A stretch of DNA of 64,000 bases from NCBI GenBank assembly GCA_964473865.1, contig CAYYQN010000002.1:145793-209792 (forward strand), read 5' to 3'. Under the pieces are notes generated by a model. It saw only the letters and a program-made list of their open reading frames with translations, was not told where the DNA came from and ran no database searches. This DNA comes from an uncultured bacterium (GTDB lineage: Bacteria; Eisenbacteria; RBG-16-71-46; CAIMUX01). The position numbers were made by a program, and so were the translations under genes. Each line of letters opens with the position of its first letter. Position 1 is the first letter of the stretch. This document shows positions 49,601 to 58,061 of the stretch, one piece after another.

Positions 49601-52365
49601 TCGTGGGGCTCTCCGCGGCGGAGTGGACACCAACGGGCGATCTGCTGGTCGCGGCGAGCCGCGGGGACGCCCCGGGGGCGCTGTACCGGTTCGACACCGC
49701 TTCGGGATCCCTGGTGCAGTCGGGGACGGTCGACCGTAGGATCAAGACCCCCGTGGACCTGCTCTACGGTCCGGAGGGCGACCTCCTGGTCGTGGACGAG
49801 GATGCTCAGGAGCTTGGCTTGTCCCTGCCGGCGCGGGGCGCGATCTTCTCGCGGCGGGGTACCGGCGCCTATGAGCTCTTCTGCGCGGACTCGTCGTTCC
49901 GGGTTCCGGCCCAGGCCGCCTTCGGTCCCGGCGGAATGCTCTATCTGGCGGACAGCGAAGCCAACCCGGACAGCGCTTCAGGGAACACCGGAGCGGTGTT
50001 CACGATCGACCCGAGCAGTCGAAAGGTGGTGGGTTGGCTGCAGGACCCGGCGATTCCGCAGCCTTGCGGCGTCACTGTCTATGACGACTCGACCCTCCTG
50101 ATCAGTGATCCGATCGGGGCCACGCCGACCAGCCCGCGTGGCACCCTCATGCTCTACCGGCCGGGCAGCGCGACCCGGCTGGAACCTCTCATCTCCTGGC
50201 CGGGCCTCCGGTCGCTCTGGCGCGCGCTGCGCCATCCCGCCGGCAAGTTGATCCTGCTCGATCGCGAAGGAAAGCATCTCGGCCAGACCGGCTTGGGGTT
50301 GGTGCGGGAGTACGATCCGGTCTCGCGCCGCTTCTCGGAGTACGCCTGGTCGGACTCCTTTGCGGTGATCTCCGACCTGGTGATGAAGCCGGGGCCGATC
50401 GTGACGTTTCCGCGATACGACTGGTCGGACGTGAACGGCCCGCCGATCCACCCGGCGGATCGCCTGAGCTGGCGCGCAGTCCTGCACAACATCGGCGTGG
50501 CCGAGGCTGCGGGGGTGGCCTACTGCGACAGCGTACCGGCAGAAACGGCGGTCATACCCGAGTCAGCCGACGCGGTGGGCGGAGGGGGCACGCCACAGGG
50601 AGTGATCAGTTTCGACGAGAGCCGGGCCCTGCGCTGGTCAGGGACGATTGCGCCCGGCGATTCCGTGGTCATCTCCTACGATGTGCAACTGAATCCGGCG
50701 GTGGCGGAGGGGCGGTTGCTCACGTTTCATCCGACAGTCTCAAGCTCCGGCGGGACCACCCTGGGCCGGACGGCGAAGCTGCAAACCTTTGTCCCGCTGG
50801 AACAGGGATATGCCTATGTCGTCGACCTCGGTGCGGATCCGTTTGGCGAGTCAGGTACCGGGCAGGCCGGAGCGCTCTTCAAGGTCAGCCTCACGACCGG
50901 AGCCACGGTTCCCATGGTCACCAGCCCCCTGTTCCGCCGGCCGACGAGCGTGGCGATGGTGGGAAGCAGTGCGGCGCCGCGATTCCTGATCGCCGACATC
51001 GCCGGCCGCAATCAGCTCAACCGGATCGGGACCCTGTTCCTGTTCGATCCGGCGACCCGCGAGGTGCGAAACATCGGCGGCCACATCGATTTCCGGGGGC
51101 TGGTCAAGGTGCTGCCGTGGACGGAGACGACGGCGTTGGTGCTCGACTCCAAGGCCGATCCCGAGAGCCTCTACAGCGGCACGGTTGTTGGTCCCGGTGC
51201 AATCTTCAAGGTGGACCTGGAGACCGCCGAGATCACGCCGGTCTTCTCGGACACCACTTTGAAGGCGCCCCTTTCCATGGACTGGCTCCAGCCGGGTGTC
51301 CTGGCCATCGCCGACAGCCAGGCGGATCCCAACGGTTCGGGCACTCCGGGAACCGGGGCAATCTACCGCCTGAATCTTGCCAGTGGGGATCTTCAGCTCT
51401 TCGCGACCTCCACCGATTGGCGGACCCCCGGAGCCGTCTGCTCGGACCTCCACGGCGGCCTGCTGCTCGTCGATCGCGACGCCACGCCGTACGAGGCGGG
51501 CGGCGGGTACGGCTCGGTCTTCGAGATCACGCCGCAGGGCACGGTCTCCAAGATCTCCGTGTCTCGCTTTTTCGTGGCTTTGAGGGACGTCCAGGCGGAG
51601 CTGGATGGCGATCCGCTCGTCACCGACGGAGATGCCGATCCCTACAAAGTCGGCGGGGCTCCGGGCGCCCTCTTCCGGTATGTGACCGGCCGGCATGTTC
51701 CGATCGCCTCCTCCCGCCAGTTCGTGGATCCCGGCGGATTCGTGATCTACGGAGACCCGACGCCGGTGGATCTGCTGGAGGCCGCGGCCGACAGCGTCGC
51801 GGAGGGGATCCGGTTGCGCTGGCGGGCGGGGCCCGACGAGAGTGGGGTGCGGTGGCTGCTCTTCCGTCGCACCGCCGGCGGTCCCGACGATCCGGGAGAC
51901 GCCACGCCCGCAGGGTACGATCCGGTTGGGGGGGACCAGGAGTTTCTTGGGGCCGGACCCCACGAGTACCTGGATCGCGCCGTGACCGGCGGACAGTGGT
52001 ACGCCTATCTGGTGGCGCGCGTGGGGACCGACGGGGGTGTCGACTACTCCGCGCCGTTGCTGGCCCACGCTCCCGGGACGGTCGCGCGGCTCGATCTTCG
52101 CCCCGCGGCGCCCAGCCCGTTCTCCGGGCGGACCGGCTTCATCTTCTACGTTCCGGCACCAGGCGGTCGGGTTCGGCTGGAGGTGTTCGACGTGGTCGGA
52201 CGGCGTGCCCGCGTCCTCCACGACGCTCCGGCAGCCCCCGGGCGGCACGCTCTGGGGTGGGACGGGCGCGATGACTCCGGCCGGCGACTCCCGTCCGGGG
52301 TCTATTTCGCGCGACTGAGCCTGGGGGACGACACCCGGACCCGGCGGATCGTGCTCACCCGTTGA
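46612..52365 (+). CDS. Giant (about 1,900 aa) secreted repeat protein: at least 13 copies of a roughly 110-aa beta-propeller-like repeat plus a C-terminal T9SS sorting domain
   Basis: GTG 46612 gives an Arg-rich n-region, h-region and AMA-like cleavage site (LCLGLLLPVAAILIPILGAMA). Recurring units contain hxDxDA[DN]P followed by GA[IV]F[RK][IV][DN]P. The C-terminal roughly 90 aa match the T9SS type-A C-terminal domain pattern (RVRLEVFDVVGRRARVL...HALGWDGRDDSGRRLPSGVYFARL). Confidence 0.7.
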   Translation: MTGGSARAGLRWNRTDRSSGFVRRSLCLGLLLPVAAILIPILGAMAAIPTVRQILLVGAVSNESFGGSRPAVIIFSFDPPVERIATAAAGMVEPVAVAVTPDRRLYIADAGADPLGLNRSRGAIWLVDPAAQVVAPARLVVANQLFRKPADLLLESDGKILLLDGDADPNEWGGANGAIFRIDPTTGNVTVLAAPQSFLEPRSLTVDLDGTLLVVDESANPQGVSDPAGAIFRVNPSTGVVTLERVFRRGDRRTIVAPVAMTVIDRGARQGDYLVVDHNADPHNRGSSPGDVFYVPRAGGDPQDFTPTAVAEFSEPTDVMMGLEDDVYVLDRVATSEQAPLGRGAVFRLRLSDGMLLQSPKVSSAFRNLNTFVQLSGAQLDSSTVTHVDETPGLLRPGDIVTVRARVRNTGTADAPAASLEDTLKVQLQFVPGSDSVGTGQASYDSGTRRFSWSGPIPRGGETTVRFRFKISDFAIPGVRLDHRIVLRTDRTPTSYLRPVTPQREFAVGSNLFLDVSAGVQNSGVIYVARADTTRPEPLSEGGLLVRPSDAVFLEDGRLAVLDPSSPGGQLGAVLVYSFNATDTLSVLLALRRELGFARPWGLALDRDGSLLITDMDANPQGYAYTPRDPFRMGPGPGAVFRFDPATRALSVAAASPDFEEPVDLAVDRRGKLVIVDYLGGEELQGTLWEIDRSTGAQQKIVLDALRFKNPTGITVDAADDLYVTSYRATDGPNPVGGAVYKVRRGTPVTVSVASADTLLRQPADVTVNQTDGSLLVADKDANPEHLPEADRGALFKLNRSTGEVSVVSASGLMRQPDGVVSFGWPELGGSRLSLRTRLSGDPRPGDTLWADVQVINSGLRSSPQTLASLTFGSPSLQVLPAVSPVNGLSIDVLGNRASWTGRVAWGDTMRFSVPSLARASDSYGGLATVSLVVLGGRTVYSSSAWRPVRSEFRPNDLLLVDSGADPNRVGVPIGAVFRLGVEALDPTRLVYTHSSLVGLSAAEWTPTGDLLVAASRGDAPGALYRFDTASGSLVQSGTVDRRIKTPVDLLYGPEGDLLVVDEDAQELGLSLPARGAIFSRRGTGAYELFCADSSFRVPAQAAFGPGGMLYLADSEANPDSASGNTGAVFTIDPSSRKVVGWLQDPAIPQPCGVTVYDDSTLLISDPIGATPTSPRGTLMLYRPGSATRLEPLISWPGLRSLWRALRHPAGKLILLDREGKHLGQTGLGLVREYDPVSRRFSEYAWSDSFAVISDLVMKPGPIVTFPRYDWSDVNGPPIHPADRLSWRAVLHNIGVAEAAGVAYCDSVPAETAVIPESADAVGGGGTPQGVISFDESRALRWSGTIAPGDSVVISYDVQLNPAVAEGRLLTFHPTVSSSGGTTLGRTAKLQTFVPLEQGYAYVVDLGADPFGESGTGQAGALFKVSLTTGATVPMVTSPLFRRPTSVAMVGSSAAPRFLIADIAGRNQLNRIGTLFLFDPATREVRNIGGHIDFRGLVKVLPWTETTALVLDSKADPESLYSGTVVGPGAIFKVDLETAEITPVFSDTTLKAPLSMDWLQPGVLAIADSQADPNGSGTPGTGAIYRLNLASGDLQLFATSTDWRTPGAVCSDLHGGLLLVDRDATPYEAGGGYGSVFEITPQGTVSKISVSRFFVALRDVQAELDGDPLVTDGDADPYKVGGAPGALFRYVTGRHVPIASSRQFVDPGGFVIYGDPTPVDLLEAAADSVAEGIRLRWRAGPDESGVRWLLFRRTAGGPDDPGDATPAGYDPVGGDQEFLGAGPHEYLDRAVTGGQWYAYLVARVGTDGGVDYSAPLLAHAPGTVARLDLRPAAPSPFSGRTGFIFYVPAPGGRVRLEVFDVVGRRARVLHDAPAAPGRHALGWDGRDDSGRRLPSGVYFARLSLGDDTRTRRIVLTR

Positions 52366-52408
52366 CGCGGAACGCCTCTTGGCGCTCTGAGGCCGGATCG
52401 GACGCCAC

Positions 52409-53104
52409 CTAGCGAGTGAGCCAGCTTCGGTCGGTGAAAACCGGCGGAGCGGGGCGCGGGCGGCGTGGCGTCACCAGACGAACCAGGGCGAGACCGGCCG
52501 CGAACCCACCGAGGTGGGCGAACCACGCCACACCACCCCCGGTCTGCGTATGGGCGAACCCCGCGCTCAGGGCCTGAAAGCCGAACCAGATTCCCAGCCA
52601 GATCGCCGCCGGTACCGGTATGATCCGGAGAAACACGATCAGGATGACCAGGGTATGAACCCGCGCGCGGGGGAACAGGACGGCATACGCTCCGAGGACG
52701 CCGGCGATCGCTCCACTGGCGCCGACCATCGGGACGTCCGACCCGGGGGCCGCCGCCCACTGCGCGAGCCCGGCGAGAACCCCGCAGCCGAGATAGAAGG
52801 GGATGAACCGGGCGCGGCCGAGGTGGTCCTCGATGTTGTTTCCGAAGATCCACAGGTAGAGCATGTTCCCGCCCAGGTGGACCAGCCCGCCGTGCAGAAA
52901 CTGCGATGTGATGAGCGTCAAGAGGGAAGTCGCCACTCCCGCGGACAGCAGGGCGGGGCGGAAGGCCAGCGCAGTCATGAACGCCGTGTCGGTCTCGGGC
53001 GAGATGGCGAGCCGAACCAGGAATAGCGAACAATTCAGCAAGATCAGCCCGAGCGTGAGAGCCGGGAATCGAGCGGTCGGATTGTCGTCTTTGAGTGGGA
53101 ACAT
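52409..53104 (-). CDS. Rhomboid-family intramembrane serine protease
   Basis: Six or seven TM helices with the rhomboid catalytic GASGAI Ser motif and a downstream conserved His (AWFAHLGG). Confidence 0.8.
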   Translation of the reverse strand: MFPLKDDNPTARFPALTLGLILLNCSLFLVRLAISPETDTAFMTALAFRPALLSAGVATSLLTLITSQFLHGGLVHLGGNMLYLWIFGNNIEDHLGRARFIPFYLGCGVLAGLAQWAAAPGSDVPMVGASGAIAGVLGAYAVLFPRARVHTLVILIVFLRIIPVPAAIWLGIWFGFQALSAGFAHTQTGGGVAWFAHLGGFAAGLALVRLVTPRRPRPAPPVFTDRSWLTR

Positions 53105-53359
53105 GGGGTGATGTCGGCTCCGCCGGCAGCATCTTCGGGAGCGGCCGGCAAGTCAAGCGCGGGATCGGGTCGCAGGCCTCCGGAGCGGGAGTTTGCGCCG
53201 GCCGGATGGCAGTTCCCGGGTGCGGGGTGCAAGCTACCCTCCCCCGGGATCACGGGGTAATCCGGTCTTCGGATTCGCCTGTCGGAGTCACGCAAATCGG
53301 GCCGGACACGACTATGATCCGAGGCGCGCGGCCGGTGTGCCCGCGCGCGGAGTGAGCCG

Positions 53360-54055
53360 ATGGGGTGGGAGCGGTTGCAGGATCGCGCCGGCGGCGCCGA
53401 CCGTCGCCGGCCCGCCGAGGAAGCGGCCCCGGACCGCTTTCGCTGGATCATCGACGGCCACAACGCGATCTTCGCGATTCCCGAGTGGGAGGAGCTACAG
53501 GTGGCGGGGCAGCGTCGCGAGGCGCGCCTGGCTCTCGAGAAGAGCCTGGAGGACTTCGGCCGCGCCATCGGCGTGCGGGTCACCGTGGTCTACGACGGCA
53601 ACCATCTTGAACGGAACCCCGACGCGCTTTCCTGGCCCCACCTGCGTACCGAGTACTCGAATCCCCCCGAGGAGGCGGATGACCGGATTCGCTTCCTGGC
53701 CGAGCGCGCCTTGCGGGATGGCGAGCTGCCGGTAGTGGTGACCTCCGACCGGCGCACGCTCGCGGCGACCCTCGTCCCCGGCGTGCGGGTGATGGCGGTC
53801 CGCGACTTCTTTCGGCGGGTCCACGCACGCGCCCTGTATGTTCCCGAGAAGCGCCCGGTCGACGGGCTGGAGGAGATCGAGCGGCACTTCCTCTCCCAGT
53901 CGCCGTTTTCGGAAGACCGTCGGGAGGCCGAGCGGCGCAATGCCCGGGCGCGCCCTGGATCGGACGAGGGCCTGGGCGGTCCAGAGAGCCTGGGCGACCC
54001 GGACCGGCCGGGTGGCCCGGACCCCGGGGCTCCGGGCGGCACCGCGCCCGGCTGA
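53360..54055 (+). CDS. YacP-like NYN-domain protein (predicted RNase)
   Basis: NYN/YacP pattern (WIIDGHNAIF..., VTVVYDG, VVVTSDRR), with a C-terminal charged low-complexity tail. Confidence 0.5.
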   Translation: MGWERLQDRAGGADRRRPAEEAAPDRFRWIIDGHNAIFAIPEWEELQVAGQRREARLALEKSLEDFGRAIGVRVTVVYDGNHLERNPDALSWPHLRTEYSNPPEEADDRIRFLAERALRDGELPVVVTSDRRTLAATLVPGVRVMAVRDFFRRVHARALYVPEKRPVDGLEEIERHFLSQSPFSEDRREAERRNARARPGSDEGLGGPESLGDPDRPGGPDPGAPGGTAPG

Positions 54056-54154
54056 CCTGGGTATGGCCGGTGGGATCGCTAGTCTCTCTTCCCGTCACCG
54101 CCCTTGAGCCACCGAGGGCGGCTGCGGTAACGTCGAAGCTCGATAGGAGGTCCC

Positions 54155-54796
54155 ATGAAGCCGGGTCTACGGCCTACCGTTCTCGCCGCCGTCATCTGCC
54201 TGCTCTTCATGCCGGGCGCGGCGCCGGCGGCGGACCCCGCATCTTCCGATACGGCGTCCCCGACTCCGGAGGTCCGCGAGCGCGAGCTCAAGTCGAAGCT
54301 GAAGACACAGCCGCGTGACATCGCACTGATCATGGAGCTGGCGCAGTTCTACTACGACCAAGGGGACCGCAAGGGCGCGGAGAAGGAGTACCGTCGCGCT
54401 CTGGAGGTGGATCCGCGCAACGTCACGGCGATGGTGCGGCTGGGAACGGTCCTCAACGAGTCCGGCGACTCGCGCGAGGCGCTTGTGCAGTTCGATGCCG
54501 CGCTCCGGATCGAGCCCCGGAGGGTCGACACTCTCTGCCGCAAGGGGCAGGCTCTATACGCCCTGAAGCGCTACCAGGAAGCGGTAGAGCTCTATCTGGA
54601 GGCCAAGAGGATCGACCCGCGGGACCAGGCTCCCTACTACCAGCTCGGTCTCGCGTTCGCCGATGCCGGGATCTACCGCGAGGCGATCTCTGAATGGTCC
54701 ATCGTCGTCGAGTTCGACAAGGACTCGGAGCTGGGCCGCGCGGCCGCGGAGGGGATCGAGGTTCTGCGCCCGATGGTGGGCGACGGCGGGCCGTGA
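54155..54796 (+). CDS. TPR-repeat lipoprotein
   Basis: Signal peptide (VLAAVICLLFMPGAAPAA) followed by three or four TPR repeats. Confidence 0.6.
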   Translation: MKPGLRPTVLAAVICLLFMPGAAPAADPASSDTASPTPEVRERELKSKLKTQPRDIALIMELAQFYYDQGDRKGAEKEYRRALEVDPRNVTAMVRLGTVLNESGDSREALVQFDAALRIEPRRVDTLCRKGQALYALKRYQEAVELYLEAKRIDPRDQAPYYQLGLAFADAGIYREAISEWSIVVEFDKDSELGRAAAEGIEVLRPMVGDGGP

Positions 54797-54830
54797 TCTC
54801 TGGCGGCGGCCGGCCGGCCCCGGGAACGCG

Positions 54831-55964
54831 ATGAACGTCGGCGACGCGAGCGACCGCGGCCATCGGGTGCTGGTGGCCATGAGCGGCGGCGTGGACAGCG
54901 CGGTGGCTGCCTCCCTCCTGCGGGACGAAGGGTTCGAAGTGGCCGGCGTGACCTTCCGGCTCTACTGCCATGGCGAACAGGAGCCGGGGCGAAGGGCCTG
55001 CTGCGGGCTGGAGGGAATTCGCGACGCGCAGTCGACCGCCCGGCGTCTCGGTGTGGCGCATGTGGTGCTGGATCTCGAGCCGCTCTTTCGGGAACGTGTG
55101 ATCGACGACTTCACGTCTGAGTATGCCGCCGGACGCACGCCGAATCCTTGCGTGGAGTGCAATACCCACGTGAAGTTCAGACCATTGCTGGATTGGGCGC
55201 GCCGGAACGGCTTCGACCGGATCGCGACCGGGCACTATGCGGAGGTGGCCCGGGTCCGCCTGCGCGATGGAAGCGACCGTCACCTGCTGGCCCGAGGCCG
55301 GGATCCGGCGAAGGACCAGAGCTATGTCCTCTGGGGCGTTCCGGCCGAGGTCCTGCCGTTCACGCTCCTGCCCCTGGGCCGATTGGCGAAGGAGGACGTG
55401 CGCGCCCGCGCCCGGAACCTGAACCTGCCGGTCTGGGACAAGGAGGAGAGCCAGGACATCTGCTTCGTGCCCGCTGGTGGGTACGCCGAGGTGCTGCGGA
55501 CTCGGCTTGGATCGGATCACCCCGCCTTCCAGCCCGGGCCGATCGTCAACGAGGCGGGACGGGTGCTCGGACGTCACCGTGGACTGGCCTGCTACACCGT
55601 CGGACAACGGCATGCCCTGGGCCTCAGCGGGCCGGACTCATACCGGGTTCTCCGCCTGGACACGGAGGCAAACGCCCTGGTGGTCGGGCCCCCCGACCGC
55701 CTGGATCGGCGCGGCTTGTACGCCACCCATCTACACCTCTTCGTACCGCCCGGGGAGTTGGAGGCCGCGCCGGTCGCGGTGAAGGTACGTTACCGACACG
55801 AGGCGGCGGTGGCCGAGGCCCGGGTAGAGGGAGATCGCCTGCACGTCCGCTTCCGCGAGCCGCAGCGAGGGATCACCCCCGGACAATCGTGCGTCGTCTA
55901 TCGTGAAGGTCTTGTCCTTGGGGGTGGGCGGATCGAGGGGGCCTGCGCCTGCTGCCAGCCGTGA
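54831..55964 (+). CDS. mnmA: tRNA-specific 2-thiouridylase MnmA
   Basis: PP-loop VAMSGGVDS, catalytic Cys region (PNPCVECN), and MnmA C-terminal barrel. ATG at 54831. Confidence 0.85.
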   Translation: MNVGDASDRGHRVLVAMSGGVDSAVAASLLRDEGFEVAGVTFRLYCHGEQEPGRRACCGLEGIRDAQSTARRLGVAHVVLDLEPLFRERVIDDFTSEYAAGRTPNPCVECNTHVKFRPLLDWARRNGFDRIATGHYAEVARVRLRDGSDRHLLARGRDPAKDQSYVLWGVPAEVLPFTLLPLGRLAKEDVRARARNLNLPVWDKEESQDICFVPAGGYAEVLRTRLGSDHPAFQPGPIVNEAGRVLGRHRGLACYTVGQRHALGLSGPDSYRVLRLDTEANALVVGPPDRLDRRGLYATHLHLFVPPGELEAAPVAVKVRYRHEAAVAEARVEGDRLHVRFREPQRGITPGQSCVVYREGLVLGGGRIEGACACCQP

Positions 55965-56160
55965 ACACCGGATCGGCGCCGGCCCCGGACCCGCAGCGGT
56001 CGCCGCCACGGCCTCTGGGGTCGGCCGGTCGCGATTGAGGCTGCAATCCGGGACGGTCACCGGTGTCGACCGATCGTGGGCGCGGCCGCAATCGCGGCCC
56101 CCGGTGCGGTCTGGAGTGTTGACAGATGCGGATCGCGGCTGCTAGCGTAGCGATCCCCGA

Positions 56161-56243
56161 GGAGGGATGGCCGAGCGGTTGAAGGCAACGGTCTTGAAAA
56201 CCGTCGGTCGCAAGACCCGTGGGTTCGAATCCCACTCCCTCCG
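56161..56243 (+). tRNA. tRNA-Ser (anticodon TGA)
   Basis: Cloverleaf folds by hand: acceptor GGAGGGA/TCCCTCC, anticodon loop cuUGAaa, long variable arm, T-loop GGTTCGAATCC. Confidence 0.85.
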
Positions 56244-56260
56244 CAGTCGGTGGATCGATC

Positions 56261-56352
<92 letters not shown>

Positions 56353-56453
56353 CTCTTGGCGACGGGAGACGAGTGCGGACGGCTCCTCAACGCTCGTGGC
56401 TGAGCGGTGCCGGGTCGGTCCGCGGCGGGGTTCTCGGATCGGGATACCTGTTC

Positions 56454-56527
56454 GCGCCCATGGCTCAACTGGATAGAGCATCTGACTACGGATCAGAAGG
56501 TTGGGGGTTCGAATCCTCCTGGGCGCA
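56454..56527 (+). tRNA. tRNA-Arg (anticodon ACG)
   Basis: Acceptor GCGCCCA/TGGGCGC, D-arm GCTC-AACTGGATA-GAGC, anticodon stem TCTGA/TCAGA with loop CUACGGA, T-loop GGTTCGAATCC. Confidence 0.85.
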
Positions 56528-56584
56528 CATTCCGTACGCAATCGCGAACGAGTCGGGGTCGGGGCTGTGGAAGGGGGTGGCAGC

Positions 56585-57337
56585 ATGCTGAGCCTGCCGC
56601 GAATCACCAACCCGTTGCGCGCGCCGGGCTCGGTGGCGATCGCGCCGATGATTCTGGCGGCGATCCTCGCGGGGCTTTCCTGCCGCGCAACCACGCAGGG
56701 CGTTCGACCGGCCAACGCGGTCGTCTCGCCCGAATGGGATTCGCTGAACATCCAGAGCTTGAGCCTCGTCACGGTCGGGTCCTCAGTTGGTGACGAGGTT
56801 GCGCGCCAGACGGTCGAGTACATCGTCGAGGAGCAGTTCGCATCCAGCCAGGACCGGTTTGTCATTCTCGGCGTGCAGACCTCCCGCGATCGCGCGTCGG
56901 CGGCCGGCGCGGCGGAAGTCTTCGATCGCGTGGCAAAGACCTGGCGGGATGCGCGCATGGCCGACAAGTTCCTTGTCGAGGGCCTCTGTCAGAAGCTCGG
57001 TGTCGACGGCCTGGTGTTCGGCGAATTGATCGATTGGAAGCGGGAGAAGATCGACTTCACGCAGGAGGGGACGTCCTATACCCAGGTTGCCCTCCGCCTC
57101 GCCATCTTCAGCGGCAAGACCGGCATGTCGGTCTGGGAAGCGCAGAAGATGATCCGGCGCGACACGCAGGAGTACACACCGGGTGGTGACGGCACCGGCG
57201 TTACGACGGATGACACCGGCATCTCCCGAGCCCAGCGCACGAGCGGACTCACGCCGGAGCCGGAGCGCCGGGAGGAGGTCGTGGTCGACGTGCTCGCTTC
57301 CCTGATGGCGGCCTTCCCTCCGCGTCCGGCGAAGTGA
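56585..57337 (+). CDS. Hypothetical lipoprotein
   Basis: ATG 56585 immediately after the tRNA-Arg. Signal plus lipobox (ILAAILAGLSC). No recognisable catalytic motifs. Confidence 0.45.
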   Translation: MLSLPRITNPLRAPGSVAIAPMILAAILAGLSCRATTQGVRPANAVVSPEWDSLNIQSLSLVTVGSSVGDEVARQTVEYIVEEQFASSQDRFVILGVQTSRDRASAAGAAEVFDRVAKTWRDARMADKFLVEGLCQKLGVDGLVFGELIDWKREKIDFTQEGTSYTQVALRLAIFSGKTGMSVWEAQKMIRRDTQEYTPGGDGTGVTTDDTGISRAQRTSGLTPEPERREEVVVDVLASLMAAFPPRPAK

Positions 57338-57912
57338 TCTCGGACGAAGGTCCCGGCCTCGCGCCGCGGGACCTCCCATTTGTCGATCCGGCAGACGACG
57401 AACGCTGGATGCGGCGCGCTCTCCGCGAGGCGGAGATCGCGCTCGCATCCGGCGAGGTCCCGATCGGCTGCGTTGTGGAGCTGGATGGACGCGTCATCGG
57501 CCGGGGCTGGAATCGTGTGGAGACGACCGGCGATCCCACGGCTCACGCGGAGATGCTGGCGATCACGGCGGCGACCGCGACGCTGGGCCACTCCCGCCTG
57601 AACGGCGCACGTGTCTTCGTTACGGTGGAGCCCTGTCTGATGTGCGCCGGAGCGCTTCTCCTCGCGCGGGTGGACGAGATCGTTTTTGGCGCCCCCGAGC
57701 CGAAGTTCGGGGCGATGGAGTCGAGACTCCGAGTCCAGGATGTGGAGGGATTCAATCACCGGTACCGCGTACGGGGCGGGATTCTGGCCGCGGAGTCCGC
57801 GTCACTGCTGCGGGAGTTCTTCCGGTCGCTGCGGAGCGACGGCCGCGCGGCCGCTGCCGGCGAGCTCGGAGACAGCCGGCCAGATTGGCGACCGGGATCG
57901 CGAACGGAGTGA
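57334..57912 (+). CDS. tadA: tRNA-specific adenosine deaminase TadA
   Basis: CDA zinc motifs HAEMLAI and PCLMCAGAL. Confidence 0.8.
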   Translation: MISDEGPGLAPRDLPFVDPADDERWMRRALREAEIALASGEVPIGCVVELDGRVIGRGWNRVETTGDPTAHAEMLAITAATATLGHSRLNGARVFVTVEPCLMCAGALLLARVDEIVFGAPEPKFGAMESRLRVQDVEGFNHRYRVRGGILAAESASLLREFFRSLRSDGRAAAAGELGDSRPDWRPGSRTE

Positions 57913-58061
57913 CAGGTCCGATCGCAGCGGATCGGCCGTTGCCTGTCCGCCGCAGTCCGCACGCCCGAGGGGACGCCCCGGGCAGCGCAGGTTCCCTCTT
58001 CTGACCCCGCAGCGGCCCGGGGACGCTCTGTGGCGCTCCGTGAATCGGCTGTTCGCGCGAC

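Noticed and set aside
50851-52248. 465-aa minus-strand ORF inside the giant repeat protein gene, plus similar ones (48559..49593, 46801..48060)
   Set aside because: They are antisense to a gene with a strongly periodic, conserved repeat structure and a T9SS C-terminal domain. They are artefacts of GC richness.
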